From Octopus sinensis (lineage: Eukaryota), in contig NC_042999.1 in assembly GCF_006345805.1 (NCBI RefSeq), positions 161,200,001 through 161,264,000 on the forward strand: DNA of 64,000 nucleotides, given 5' to 3'. Numbering within the stretch: position 1 is the first letter of the stretch; every line of letters begins with the position of its first letter. Under the pieces are notes generated by a model. That model had not been told where the DNA came from. It searched no databases and was given only the letters and a program-made list of their open reading frames with translations. Below, one piece after another: positions 14,594 to 26,756 of the stretch. The translations under genes were made by a program, and so were the position numbers.

Positions 14594-14993
14594 GGCGCAG
14601 GAGTGGCTGTGTGGTAAGTAGCTTGTTTACCAGCCACATGGTTCCGGGTTCAGTCCCACTGCGTGGCACCTTGGGCAAGTGTCTTCTGCTATAGCCCCGG
14701 GCCGACCAATGCCTGTGAGTGGATTTGGTAGACGGAAACTGAAAGAAGCCTGTCCGTATATATATGTATATATATGTGTGTGTGTGTGTAAGTTTTGTGT
14801 GTCTGTGTTTTGTCCCCCTACATTGCTACAACCAATGCTGGTGTGTTTACGTCCCCGTCACTTAGCGGTTCGGCAAAAGAGACCGATAGAATAAGTACTG
14901 GGCTTACAAAGAATAAGTCCCGGGGTCGATTTGCTCGACTAAAGGCGGTGCTCCAGCATGGCCACAGTCAAATGACTGAAACAAGTAAAAGAG
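14594..14993 (+). mobile_element. SINE family A
   Basis: Full-length copy. Confidence 0.9.
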
Positions 14994-15599
14994 TATATAT
15001 GCAAAATTACTCTTATAAATTGCATATACATACATGAGTGTTCGGATACACACATACCTTTTTATATACATTTAGGACAATACATTAACACGCACCCACA
15101 CGTGTGCCCACACAACCACCTCACTTCCTTCTCCTCTTTCTCCGTCTCTCTTCACTTCTCTCTTTCACACACATACATACTATCTTACGTTGATACAGAT
15201 AATCAAATGTACACACATACTCTCTCACACACGCGCACACACACATACATACACTTGCATACCCAGACGTGAGAAAGAAACGAAGAAACGTGTGTATGGA
15301 AAATAGGTATGGATGAGGGTCAATGTGGGGTGGTAGGACGAATGGGAAAGTTTGTTATACGATTTGTAATATAATGTGGGGATGTGACATCGTCAAGTTC
15401 CTAGAGTTTTATGTATACATCCCACCCAGGTAGTTCACGAGAAGAACGTATAGGGCAAACAATATTACTATAATGCATACAAACAGATATCAATACATAC
15501 ATGCACTTTACAAATGCAGTTAAATTATCCACGACTTTAAGTTAAACATGTAACATTTTATTAACGAAATTCTAGTGATAGAGCTTTCTTTATGAAAAA

Positions 15600-16420
15600 C
15601 CAGTAGAAACTTTGGGAAAAACAAAATATTGTGAATAACGGTGGTAATGAAACTGAAGCCAATGATGGTGACAGTGTTACACCCGGTAGGCTCAGAGATT
15701 TTGGTCCGGCTCCAGCCTGTCGATATCTAAAAAGGGACCACCACACACGGCGTAGATGGAGCAAGCAAATTAATGCTGTGGTCATGGAGTGTTACTACCT
15801 GAGCAGCCCGATAGATGAAAATGGTGTTCAAATTTGAGGTTACCGACAACGTATGTATGATCATTGGAGAGAAAAGGGATTGTTTCAACTCACGAACGGA
15901 GACTATGTGATCAAGCTAGAGGAATAAGAAAAAATTGTCGGTTCACAGAAGTAGAGGTCGAAGCTATCAAAAGACAGGTCATGGAAAATAGCAGCAGAGA
16001 TAACAATGAAAATGCAGTTCTTACTAATAAGAGCATTCCCATAACACAGGAAAGGAGCAGTGGTAGTTTACTTGATGAAAGACATATAGATGATCTAAAA
16101 GAAGACAATAAAATTTATGGTGACATGACTGATGAACAAAAGGCAATCTACGACAGAATAAAGGCAAGATTACAGGAGAACGATAGCGACATTATTTGCA
16201 AACTTAAAAAGGTTAATCGATGAAAATTGAACCAAGAAACGAAAAATGTCTATGAAATTCTGAAATATATCAGAACAAAAAACATTACAGAAACATAATT
16301 TGATCAAGGCAGCAAGTATTGTGGTAGCAGAAAACATGAGTGTTGATGTCAAGAAAAAGAAACATAATGGGAGTAACAAAAGAAAAGAACACTGAAGGAA
16401 ATCTCTGTGTCAGACCGAAA
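15600..16420 (+). mobile_element. R4/Dong-like non-LTR element, N-terminal ORF fragment
   Basis: RRRWSKQINAVVMECYYLS..GYRQRMYDHWREKGLF..ERRLCDQARGIRKN and EILKYIRTKNITET resemble the N-terminus of R4-clade elements as I recall it; contains stops and frameshifts. Confidence 0.6.
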
Positions 16421-16439
16421 AGAGTAAGGACGGTGTCGG

Positions 16440-17240
16440 AATAAGAATTATTGACCTCTATATCTGACCCCAAGAAAACGAACATTGGAGTATCTACACG
16501 CTGTACCTTAAAGAACAGCTGCAAAAGAGGTAAGCCATATTCATTGTGCAACAACATTAGTGAAGTGAATTCCATCAGAAATTATAACAGAAATGTTATG
16601 ATTTATACAGAAGGTGGAACATGTAAAGACTCCCATTTGGTGTACGCTGCAGAATGCACGAAACACAACTTAATTTATGTTGGTTGTACAACAGAACAAT
16701 TAAATAAAAGGTTTAATGGGCACAGATTCGACGTCAGGCACAATAACAGTAGTTTGACAAAACTTGCTGAACATTTCGTTTCAAGCGGCTGCAATTTTGA
16801 AGTGCATATTCTCAGAAAATATTCTGAATCTGCTTCACTTTCACTTCTCAAAATGTATGAGGAGGAATATGTTTGCAGGTTATTAACATCACGCCTGGAT
16901 GAATGAATAAAATGACAGAAGAATACCATCAAATTTATACAAAACTGTTTGATTAAATATTCTTCTTTCTCTCTTTTTCTTTCCTTTTTTCTGCCTTTTT
17001 TTTTTTTTCTGTTTTTTTTTCGCCTACTTTAAAATTGTAACTTAAAAACTGATGATGTCATTCCATCAACGTGCGGACATTGGTTGCTCTCGTTCATACT
17101 TTACGTTTAAATTTCTATAATTTTGAATTTTTATCACTTCTTAATTTTGAACTCGACAAAGACTGGCGTACTGTTGAAATATCGTTCTACTAATAAAATA
17201 TCTTACAATCGAATCGCGCTCTTCGTCTTGACTGTTTAAT
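16440..17240 (+). mobile_element. Penelope-like element 3' fragment: GIY-YIG endonuclease and 3' UTR/pLTR with HHR relic
   Basis: C-x-C linker then HLVYAAECTKHNLIYVGCTTEQLNKRFNGHR..LAEHF..EEEYVCRL (16451-16906). HHR relic GAAC-TCGACAA-A-GAC..GTT-GAAA-TATC-GTTC at 17149-17187. Confidence 0.85.
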
Positions 17241-17393
17241 AATAAAAAAGACAAGAAAAACAACCTTAGGACGTGGTACATGCAAAGTATTAGTAAAACG
17301 CTGAGAGAAGGAAAGAAAGGGTGTATACATATGTGTGTATGTGTGTCTGTGTGTCTGTGTGTGGTATGCATATATCTACACATAGACGTATAT

Positions 17394-17793
17394 GTAGGAG
17401 TGACTGTGTGGTAAGTAGCTTGTCTACCAACCACATGGTTCCGAGTTCAGTCCCACTACGTGGCACCTTGGGCAGGTGTCTTCTACTATAGCTTCGGGCC
17501 GACCAAAGCCTTGTGAGTGGATTTGGTAGACGGAAACTGAAAGAAGCCCGTCGTATATATGTATATATATATGCGTGTGTGTGTTTGTATATCTGTGTTT
17601 GTCCCCCTAGCATTGCTTGACAACCGATGCTGGTGTGTTTATGTCCCGTTACTTAGCGGTTCGGCAAAAGAGACCGATAGAATAAGTACGGGCTTACAAA
17701 AGAATAAGTCCCGGGGTCGAGTTGCTCCATAAAGGCGGTGCTCCAGCATGGCCGCAGTCAAATGACTGAAACAAGTAAAAGAGAGTAAAAGAG
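17394..17793 (+). mobile_element. SINE family A
   Basis: Near full-length copy. Confidence 0.9.
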
Positions 17794-17892
17794 TATATAT
17801 ATATATATATATATATAATAAATATTAGGGAATAAATCCAATTTACAGGGAAAAAATCAGATTTAGGATTAAATCCAATTTTATAGTAAAAT

Positions 17893-18277
17893 ACTAGCAG
17901 TATCGCCGGCGTTGCTCAGGTTTGTAAGGAAATAACTATAAAGCATTTTAGAGAGTTATAGCCAAAAAATAGCAAAAAAAAATGGAAAAAAAATGATGGT
18001 AAATTTTTTTTGAGAGTTAAAAAAGGTGGAGTTGCGTCCCCTAGACGGTCTGTGGTTTGGGTTCTGATTCTCGACCCCATGTCGAATTTATCGATTTTTT
18101 TCAGAACTGGGGGAACTTTTCAAAGTTTTCGCTGCGTTAGTTTTGAATTATGACATTGGGCTATGTGTGTGTCAAGTTTCATCAGAATCGGTTGAAAGCC
18201 GTGGTCAGGGTGAGGGTACAAGCAAACAGACACACAGAAACACGCACAGACAAACTGCCGTTTATATATAGAGAGAT
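17893..18277 (+). mobile_element. Helitron/Helentron-associated (HINE/DINE-1-like) element
   Basis: 5' ACTAGCAGTATCGCCGGCGTTGCTCAGG; internal AAGTTTCATCAGAATCGGTTG; ACAGACA tract and TATATATAGAGAGAT end. Confidence 0.65.
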
Positions 18278-18287
18278 TATATAATAT

Positions 18288-18495
18288 TAATTAGAGACAA
18301 AACCACTATTTTGCAAAACAAACAAGAAAAGACTTTTTTTAAACTTTTTTTTACTTTTTTTACTTTTTTTTACTTTTTTAACTTTTTTTTACTTTTTTTT
18401 ACTTTTTTTAACTTTTTTTTTACTTTTTATTAAAATTTTATGTATTGATTAAGTCTTCCTTGTTTGTTTTGCAAAATAGTATTTGTCTCTAATTA
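18288..18495. mobile_element. MITE-like element with about 47-bp TIRs and an internal (T8-9AC)n minisatellite
   Basis: TAATTAGAGACAAAACCACTATTTTGCAAAACAAACAAG at the left, reverse complement at 18451-18495. Confidence 0.75.
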
Positions 18496-19739
18496 TATTA
18501 TATATATAATATATATATATATATATATTTATATATGTATATATATGCATGAATGTGCCTCTGTGTGTTTGCATATGTCTGACTTTGTCTTTACGTTGAT
18601 ATCGCTTTAAAAAATCTGTCTGTCTTATAACTAGTCGCTCGACAAGTAAAGAGTGATAACCACTGCAAGGATAATTACGCCAATATGATCAATTAAAACC
18701 CTTCAAGGCGGTGTCCCAGTATGGCCACCTTATATATATTGCTTATTAACCAGCAATTTACTAGCTACATCCTGTTCCCCGCTCGGAAGAGCGCATCTGT
18801 CTATGTGAAATGTAATTGTACAATTCAAAGGCTTAAAGATCCGTCATATCCCGTGTATGTGTGCATGTGTGATTGCTTACGCAGTTATGAGATCTCGCTT
18901 TATGTCGTTCTGTTGGGGAGAATTGGAAATGTGTGTTCAATGTGTGCACATGTGTTTCTAACTGAAGGAAGTATTGTGTACAGGAACATGGCCGGTTGTT
19001 GTTTTGGTGGTGTTGGCAATGATGATGATGATGATGATGATGATAGTGTTTTTGGCGAGGTGGAAACAGTGGTATTGACGGTGGTGATATCAATAGCATT
19101 ATTGTTGTCATTTTTCCACAGTTTAAACGATTAATTTATAGTTGTGTTTGTTGTGTTTGTGGTTTTGTGAATCTAACGAAGACAAAGGCACGGCACAGAA
19201 ATTTACTTCAATCTCCGCCCCTCACACAATGTCTTGAACTCCAATGTTTATGGTTAACCCTTTCCCACTGAAAAACTGAAAAGGGATCACTCACGGAACA
19301 CTCCTTTGGTGACCGATGGCAAAATTTTAGCTACCAGTTCTAAACTGCTGTCTGCCTCTGCGTATCTTCTCAAACCTACACCCTTCTATACACGCCGTTC
19401 CTGTGTGTGTGTGTGTGAGTGTGTGTGTGAGTGTGTGTGTGTGAGTGTGTCTGTGTGTGTGTGTCTGTGTGTGTGTGTCTGTGTGTGTGTGTATGTGTGT
19501 GTGTGCATGTGTGTGTGTGTTTGACTCATACAATGTCATTTTCTTCCATCTTATTCCATCATATTTCCCCTTCTTAACCTCATCCTCCGACAGCAACGTC
19601 AACGACAATGATGACGATGACATGAATTTTCCATCCATCTGTTTTCAGATTCTTCTTTTTCTGTCGGTCTCTTTGACCAAATGGTGTCCAGATTTCGTCA
19701 CCGCCTTGCTTCCTCCCCCTAAAATTTTTCTTCTATCAT

Positions 19740-19846
19740 TTCTTTCGCATCATCTAATTCCTCCTCCTCCTCCATTTCATCATCATCATCATTACTATTA
19801 CCATCATCATTGTCATTTTCGTCGTTCTTTCATTCTTCTTCAGTAT

Positions 19847-19899
<53 letters not shown>

Positions 19900-19921
19900 G
19901 CTACTACAACTGCTACTGCTA

Positions 19922-19975
<54 letters not shown>

Positions 19976-19991
19976 CACCACTACTACAACA

Positions 19992-20062
<71 letters not shown>

Positions 20063-20063
20063 C

Positions 20064-20119
<56 letters not shown>

Positions 20120-20140
20120 CACTACCACCGCCACCACCCA
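19740..20140. repeat. Compound (CAT)n/(CTA)n/(CCA)n trinucleotide repeat
   Basis: Directly visible; a similar block lies at about 36790-36960 and a (CTT/CTC)n block at about 41230-41350. Confidence 0.95.
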
Positions 20141-20724
20141 TAATCACTCATTTGTTTTTGCATATTTTGTAACTTTTCTTCCCGTTCTTCTCCCTCATCA
20201 CCTCTTCTTCTGTTTGTTCCTGCTTTATAGGTTTTCGTATTCGTAAATAATAATTAGTTGAATTGTGCTGCCCCTTAATCTAATATACAGGTTTCCCTTT
20301 TGTTGTCTTTTTAGATGGTAAAATAGGTTGAGCGATGAATAAGACTTTGCGTTATGCAGTCACGCCCCACCTAATGAGCAGCATATTAATGCTACGGCTG
20401 TCAATCTTATAAGAGTGTTAATAAAATAGAGTACCAGTCAAACAACTTACTATGACCCTCTTTGCTTCCTCCCAAGTTTCTGGTATGGCAGCCATGTTAG
20501 AAACAATTTTGGGCGAGAGATTGACAGAATCGCTAGACCGTTGAACAAAATGCTTCGCAGTATTTCATTGTGCCATTCTGCGTTCTGAGTTCAAATACTG
20601 TTCAGGTTAACCTTACCTTTCCTTCAGCTGTAGTTACAAATGTAAAATACCAGAGAAGTATTGGGTCGATTGCATCGTTTATCTCAGACTTTGCGTGTCT
20701 GTTCTATTCCTTTATCATTTACTT

Positions 20725-20935
20725 GATTCAGTCGTTAAGCTGCAGCCATTCTGGGGCATCGATTTAAGAATTTTAAGCTGAAAGTATCGACCTCAAAACT
20801 TATAATTTTTTTTAAAGCCTGGTACTTATTCTATCGGTTTCTTTCGCCGAACCGCTAAGTTACGGGGACGCAAACACACCAACACTAGTTGTCAGGCAGT
20901 GGAAGTGGAACAAACACAGACAGAAAGACACCCAC

Positions 20936-21014
<79 letters not shown>

Positions 21015-21160
21015 CCTTCTTTCAGTTTCCGTCTGCCAAATCTACTGATAAGACAAATCCATTCGGGTCAAGACTATATTAGAAAAACATTTGCCCTAAG
21101 TTTTACGTAGGCCCTGAACCATGTGGCTGGTAAGCAAGCTTCTTATTGCACATCCATGCC
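20725..21160 (-). mobile_element. SINE family A (diverged)
   Basis: GGTACTTATTCTATCGG..CCGAACCGCTAAG..CTTCTTTCAGTTTCCGTC blocks. Confidence 0.7.
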
Positions 21161-21656
21161 TAGAAACAATTACTTTTATTATTATATAGGGAAGATCCGA
21201 TCTTTACGTTCTGAGTTCAAATCCCGCCAAAGTCGACGAAGTCTTTTATCATCTCGGAGACGATAAAATAAGTACCAATTGAGAACTGGCTTTCATTGTA
21301 ACCACTAGCCTCCTACCGCAGAAATTTCAGGCCTTGTTAATTTGTGGTTCCCGAAATTAAGGTCATGAGTTCAATTTCCCGCGATGCGTTGTATCCTTGA
21401 GCAAAACACTTTATTTCCCGTTGCTCCAGTCCACTCAGCTGGCAAAAATGAGTTGTACCTGTATTTCAAAGGGCCAGTCTTGTCACATTCTGTGCCATGC
21501 TGAATCATCCTGAGAACTACGTTAAGGGGACACGTGTCTGTGGAGTGCTCAGCCAGCAGGCTATTCCATTGATCCAATCAACGGAACACTCGTCGTCATA
21601 ACCGACAGTGTGCCAGTTTGAACTCCAGGTAATACTTAACTTTGTCACAAATCTAA

Positions 21657-22068
21657 CGCAGGAGTGGCTGTGTGGTAAGTAGCTTGCTAACCAACCACAT
21701 GGTTCCTGGTTCAGTCCCACTGCGTGGCATCTTGAGCAAGTGTCTACTGCTATAGCCCCGGGCCGACCAATGCCTTGTGAGTGGATTTGGTAGACGGAAA
21801 CTGAAAGAAGCCTGTCGTATAAATGTATATATATATATGTATGTGTGTGTTTGTGTGTCTGTGTTTGTCCCCCTAGCATGGCTTGACAACCGATGCTGGT
21901 GTGTTTACATCCCTGTCACTTAGCGGTTCGGCAAAAGAGACCGATAGAATAAGTACTGGGCTTACAAAGAATAAGCCCCGAGGTCGATTTGCTCGACTAA
22001 AGGCGGTGCTCCAGCATGGCCGCAGTCAAATGACTGAAACAAGTAAAAGAGTTAAAGAGTAAAGAGTA
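21657..22068 (+). mobile_element. SINE family A immediately upstream of the Gfi acceptor
   Basis: Full-length copy whose tail ends about 64 nt before the exon. Confidence 0.9.
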
Positions 22069-22069
22069 A

Positions 22070-22132
22070 TAACTTTCTTTCTTCTTTCTTTCCTTCTGTC
22101 TCACTTTTTATTTCTGTTTCTCTTCTTCACAG
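22070..22132 (+). promoter_or_regulatory. 3' splice site (possible branch point, polypyrimidine tract, AG) of the last Gfi intron
   Basis: TAATAAC followed by a C/T-rich tract with no AG dinucleotide until CACAG at 22128-22132. Confidence 0.9.
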
Positions 22133-22311
22133 GTGAGAAGCCACACAAGTGCTTGGTTTGCGGCAAAGCTTTCAGTCAGTCGTCCAACTTAATCACTCAC
22201 AGTCGGAAACACACGGGTTACAAACCCTTTTCCTGTGAGCGGTGTGGACGATCGTTCCAGCGAAAGGTAGATCTACGACGTCATATTGACACTAACCATC
22301 ACCTACACTGA
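22133..22311 (+). CDS. Gfi1: Terminal coding exon of a Gfi1/Gfi1b/senseless/PAG-3 family C2H2 zinc-finger repressor (last two fingers)
   Basis: A 55-nt polypyrimidine tract and CACAG acceptor (AG 22131-22132) precede a phase-1 exon reading (G)[61 protein letters not shown] 22309-22311. [14 protein letters not shown] and [10 protein letters not shown] are the diagnostic Gfi/senseless recognition helices. Missed by the ORF track because there is no in-frame ATG. Confidence 0.96.
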
Positions 22312-22899
22312 GATAACGTATTGGAACTTTCAAATTGACTGAATATCTTGTGGCTGTGGTAGCGTGTCATTCGGATATACAAAAACGCATGCACTCAAAT
22401 TTATATACTTACATACATACATGCATACAATCACACACACACACACATACATACATACATACATATATACATACATGCATGCATGTGTACATACATGCAT
22501 TCATACATACATGCATACGTACGTACATGCATACATACATGCATACATACATACATACATACATACGTATAGAAATATGTGCTTGTACATGTATCTATGA
22601 TATTTATATATATATGTCTATATATATTTATATGAATATATATATATAGATATATATATATATATATATATATAGTCTATATATGTATATATCTTATATT
22701 CTATATATCGAATTATATATATATATACATGTATATATGTATATATATATATACATACAACATACATACATATATACATACATACATACACCTACATACG
22801 TGCATACGTGCATATATATATTCGTAGATACATACGTACGCCCACACATACACATAATCAACAATCATCATTCGATGAAGCAAATGATTAATGTTTACG

Positions 22900-22905
22900 A
22901 ATAAA
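22900..22905 (+). terminator. Candidate polyadenylation signal of the Gfi gene
   Basis: First AATAAA I find after the stop codon (about 590 nt downstream). No clear GU-rich downstream element, so usage is uncertain. Confidence 0.3.
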
Positions 22906-23743
22906 TCAAACAAAAGCTTTACAGACCAAACAGTAATCCACAAGCAAAACGTTTACCAAAAATACCAAGCAACCTACAGACGAAGGGACCCAACCCAGTC
23001 GTTAAACTGGTTTATTAGCGACATTGGAACAAGACGCTTGATTTTCTTGCTAGCCACTTCTACTGGCAATATCAACCTGTATATTTTTCCTATCAAAACT
23101 TTTTAAGTGTTCAAATCTCAGTATGTTAGAATCTTATACCGCAAGAGTCCCAGTTGGTACGAATTCTATATCTTGTGTTGACTAAAACGTTGTAAGAATC
23201 ACAATGTTTTATGAAACAATACCGGATTGTTAGAGACACATTAGATATGAAATCCAAATTCTCTGAGTTCCAATTCACAGAGCTAAAGCCTGAATCTGTC
23301 GAGAACTTCACAGTTTCAAAACAAATACCTCACATAATTTTATAATGATCCATTTTATGAACCTCGACCAGCTAGAAATAGTAATCTTATCTCCCTCACG
23401 AACCGCAGCCTACCGTCTTAATCAAAAACATACACCTTATATACAAAATGGCAAGGTGGTCACGGCTGTAACGCCTTTGATCGTAGTCTACTTCATCAGA
23501 AATAATTTGGCGCTGGTTAAAAAAAAAAAAACATACTTTCAGGAAGTATTTCGCTAAAGGTGAAATCTTTTCTGTTCTAGATTCTCCAACACAACATTAT
23601 TTCAAACATACAGGAGGTTTCATGTGAAACATTAGATATAAATTATATTTAAAATATTTAAGGTTAACTGCCACGAGATAAATTATACGAAAAAATATTT
23701 TCCCAAATTAGTGCTTATAATGTCATACATACATATATATATG

Positions 23744-23809
<66 letters not shown>

Positions 23810-23929
23810 TCTATAGACAGGTATATATGCATATAAATTAAATATATATATATACATACACACACACATATATAATTACATGAGTTGAGATACATACATA
23901 CATACATACATACATACATACATACATGC

Positions 23930-23963
<34 letters not shown>

Positions 23964-24182
23964 ATATGTATATATATATATATGTATATGTATGTATGTA
24001 TTACATATATATCCAAAGACATATATATATGCATATAAATAGATATATATTATATATATATATATATATACATACACTCACACACATTTATATTTACATA
24101 CATTTATATACATGTATTACTAGTTTAACAGCCTGTAACTGACAGGATTTCCGCAAGTAAAACCGTAATTTTTGCCAACAGG

Positions 24183-24246
<64 letters not shown>

Positions 24247-24844
24247 TGTGTGGGTGTATGTATATATGTATGAATGTATGTATGTATGTATGTATGTATG
24301 TATGTATGTATGTATGTATGTATGTATGTATGTATGAAGTATGTATGTATGTATGTATGTATGTATGTATACAAATATGCATTGAACAATTCCATTTAAA
24401 TTTTGTTTCATTCTGCGCATATTTAAAAAATCAAAAAAAATCATGCAGAATATAAAATCTGCTTATAAGAATCGATTTTATTTGTGTTTAACTTTAAAAT
24501 GTCTTTAAAATATTTTAATTAATTTTTTTTTAAATTTTAAAACGGGTTTTGTAAACATAGTTCAAAATTTTCTGATATTAGGGAAAATGATAATTTTTCC
24601 TCTACCACACCTAATTTTAATATTAAGTAGCTAATTGATAACAATTGTATGAGAAAAAAAAAGGAATATTTACCGCTCTTGTATCTAGAGAGAGGGAAAC
24701 AATGTTTATTAACATACAAGTTAAACAGTTTATAATTACAGATTTAACCAATCGGCAATTTGGTCAATTGCTCTCAACCAGCTTATGAAATGAACTCAGC
24801 GCTCATGTGTGTGCATATATATACTTATATACATATAATATATA

Positions 24845-24889
<45 letters not shown>

Positions 24890-24903
24890 ACGTGTATGGT
24901 AGA

Positions 24904-24956
<53 letters not shown>

Positions 24957-24989
24957 TATGAGCATATAATATATATATATATATATGAA

Positions 24990-25024
<35 letters not shown>

Positions 25025-25094
25025 ATGTATGTATGTATGTATGTATGTATGTTGTATGTGTAGATTGTTAGAAATAGTGTACAGATATTGTATT

Positions 25095-25519
25095 TTGAGA
25101 AAAAGGAGGTCACCAGAATTTTGGAAAAAATTATAGTTATTCATTCTTCAAACTTCTCAAATAAAATTTTGTGAATGTGCAAACAAGTTGTTCATTTATA
25201 TAAAACAGATTTTTTTGTCTTGTTTAGAAGAGGAGAATATTGTTTTTCCCTACCTATCTATCTCCAGGACAATGAGGATAGATATGCAGAGAGATACCAA
25301 TCTATCTATCTAGCATTACTCTCGAACCTCACTAACAAAAAGCATAAAAACAATGTTCTCTTCAAAACAAAGTAAAAAAAACATCTGTTTTATATATATT
25401 AACAACCTCTTTGCGCATTCACAAAATTTTATTTGACAAGTTCGAAAAACGAACAAAAGCGATTATAATGAGTAAGTAAAAATTTTTTCAAAAATTCTGG
25501 AAGCCTTCTTTTTTCTCAA
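25095..25519. mobile_element. MITE with long (about 150-bp) diverged TIRs
   Basis: TTGAGAAAAAGGAGGTCACCAGAATTTT..AAATAAAATTTTGTGAATG matches the reverse complement of the right end; a solo terminus of the same family lies at about 43733-43800. Confidence 0.75.
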
Positions 25520-25538
25520 TGTGTGTATATGTATGTAT

Positions 25539-25574
<36 letters not shown>

Positions 25575-25581
25575 AATATAT

Positions 25582-25623
<42 letters not shown>

Positions 25624-25725
25624 GATAGATAGATAGATAGATAGATTGATAGATAGATACATAGATAGATAGACAGATAGATTAATAGATATACATACAT
25701 ATATGTATATATATATATGTATATA

Positions 25726-25781
<56 letters not shown>

Positions 25782-25785
25782 CATA

Positions 25786-25839
<54 letters not shown>

Positions 25840-26299
25840 TATGCGTGTGTGTATGTGTCTATGCCTTTGTGTGTCTGTGTTTGCTCCTCCCCACCAGCGC
25901 TTTGACAACCGATGTTGGTTTGTTTACGTGCCAGTAACATAGCGGTTCGGCTTAAGAGACCGATGGAAGAAGTACTTGGCTTTCAAAGAATAAGTCCTGG
26001 GGTCGATTTGTTCGACTAAAGGCGGCGCTGCACCATGGCCGTAGTCAAATGACTGAAACAAGTAAAAGAGTATACAAATATATATATATATATATATATC
26101 AACAATTGAGGGTAAAATTAATTAGTTATTAATCAATTTCACCAAGTATTCAGTATGTAAAGGGACCATTTAAGGCGAATTCAAAATATTACATTATATA
26201 ATTATATAATTACATTATATATATTATATAATTATATAATAATTCAAAATATTTTGAATATTTTGTAATAATGTAATAATGTAATATATAATATATTAT

Positions 26300-26339
<40 letters not shown>

Positions 26340-26717
26340 GGCGCAGGAGTGGCTGTGTGGTAAGTAGCTTGCTAACCAACCACATGGTTCCGGGTTCAGT
26401 CCCACTGCGTGGCATCTTGAGCAAGTGTCTTCTGCTATAGCCCCGGGCCGAGTGGATTTGGTAAACGGAAACTGAAAGAAGTCTGTCATATATATATATG
26501 TGTGTGTGTGTATGTGTTTGTGTGTCTGTGTTTGTCCCCCTAGCATTGCTTGACAACCGATGCTGGTATGTTTACGTCCCTGTCACTTAGCGGTTCGGCA
26601 AAAGAGACCGATAGAATAAGTACTGGGCTTACAAACAATAAGTCCCGGAGTCGATTCACGCGACTAAAGGCGGTGCTCCAGCATGGCCTCAGTCAAATGA
26701 CTGAAACAAGTAAAAGA

Positions 26718-26718
<1 letters not shown>
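26340..26718 (+). mobile_element. SINE family A
   Basis: Copy with a small internal deletion; a 3'-half copy also lies at about 25865-26070. Confidence 0.9.

Positions 26719-26756
<38 letters not shown>

Noticed and set aside
22915-22921. Brd-box (AGCTTTA) miRNA seed match in the putative Gfi 3' UTR
   Set aside because: A single 7-mer lying after the first AATAAA. I saw no miR-9 site (ACCAAAG) in the proximal UTR, although fly senseless is a miR-9a target.
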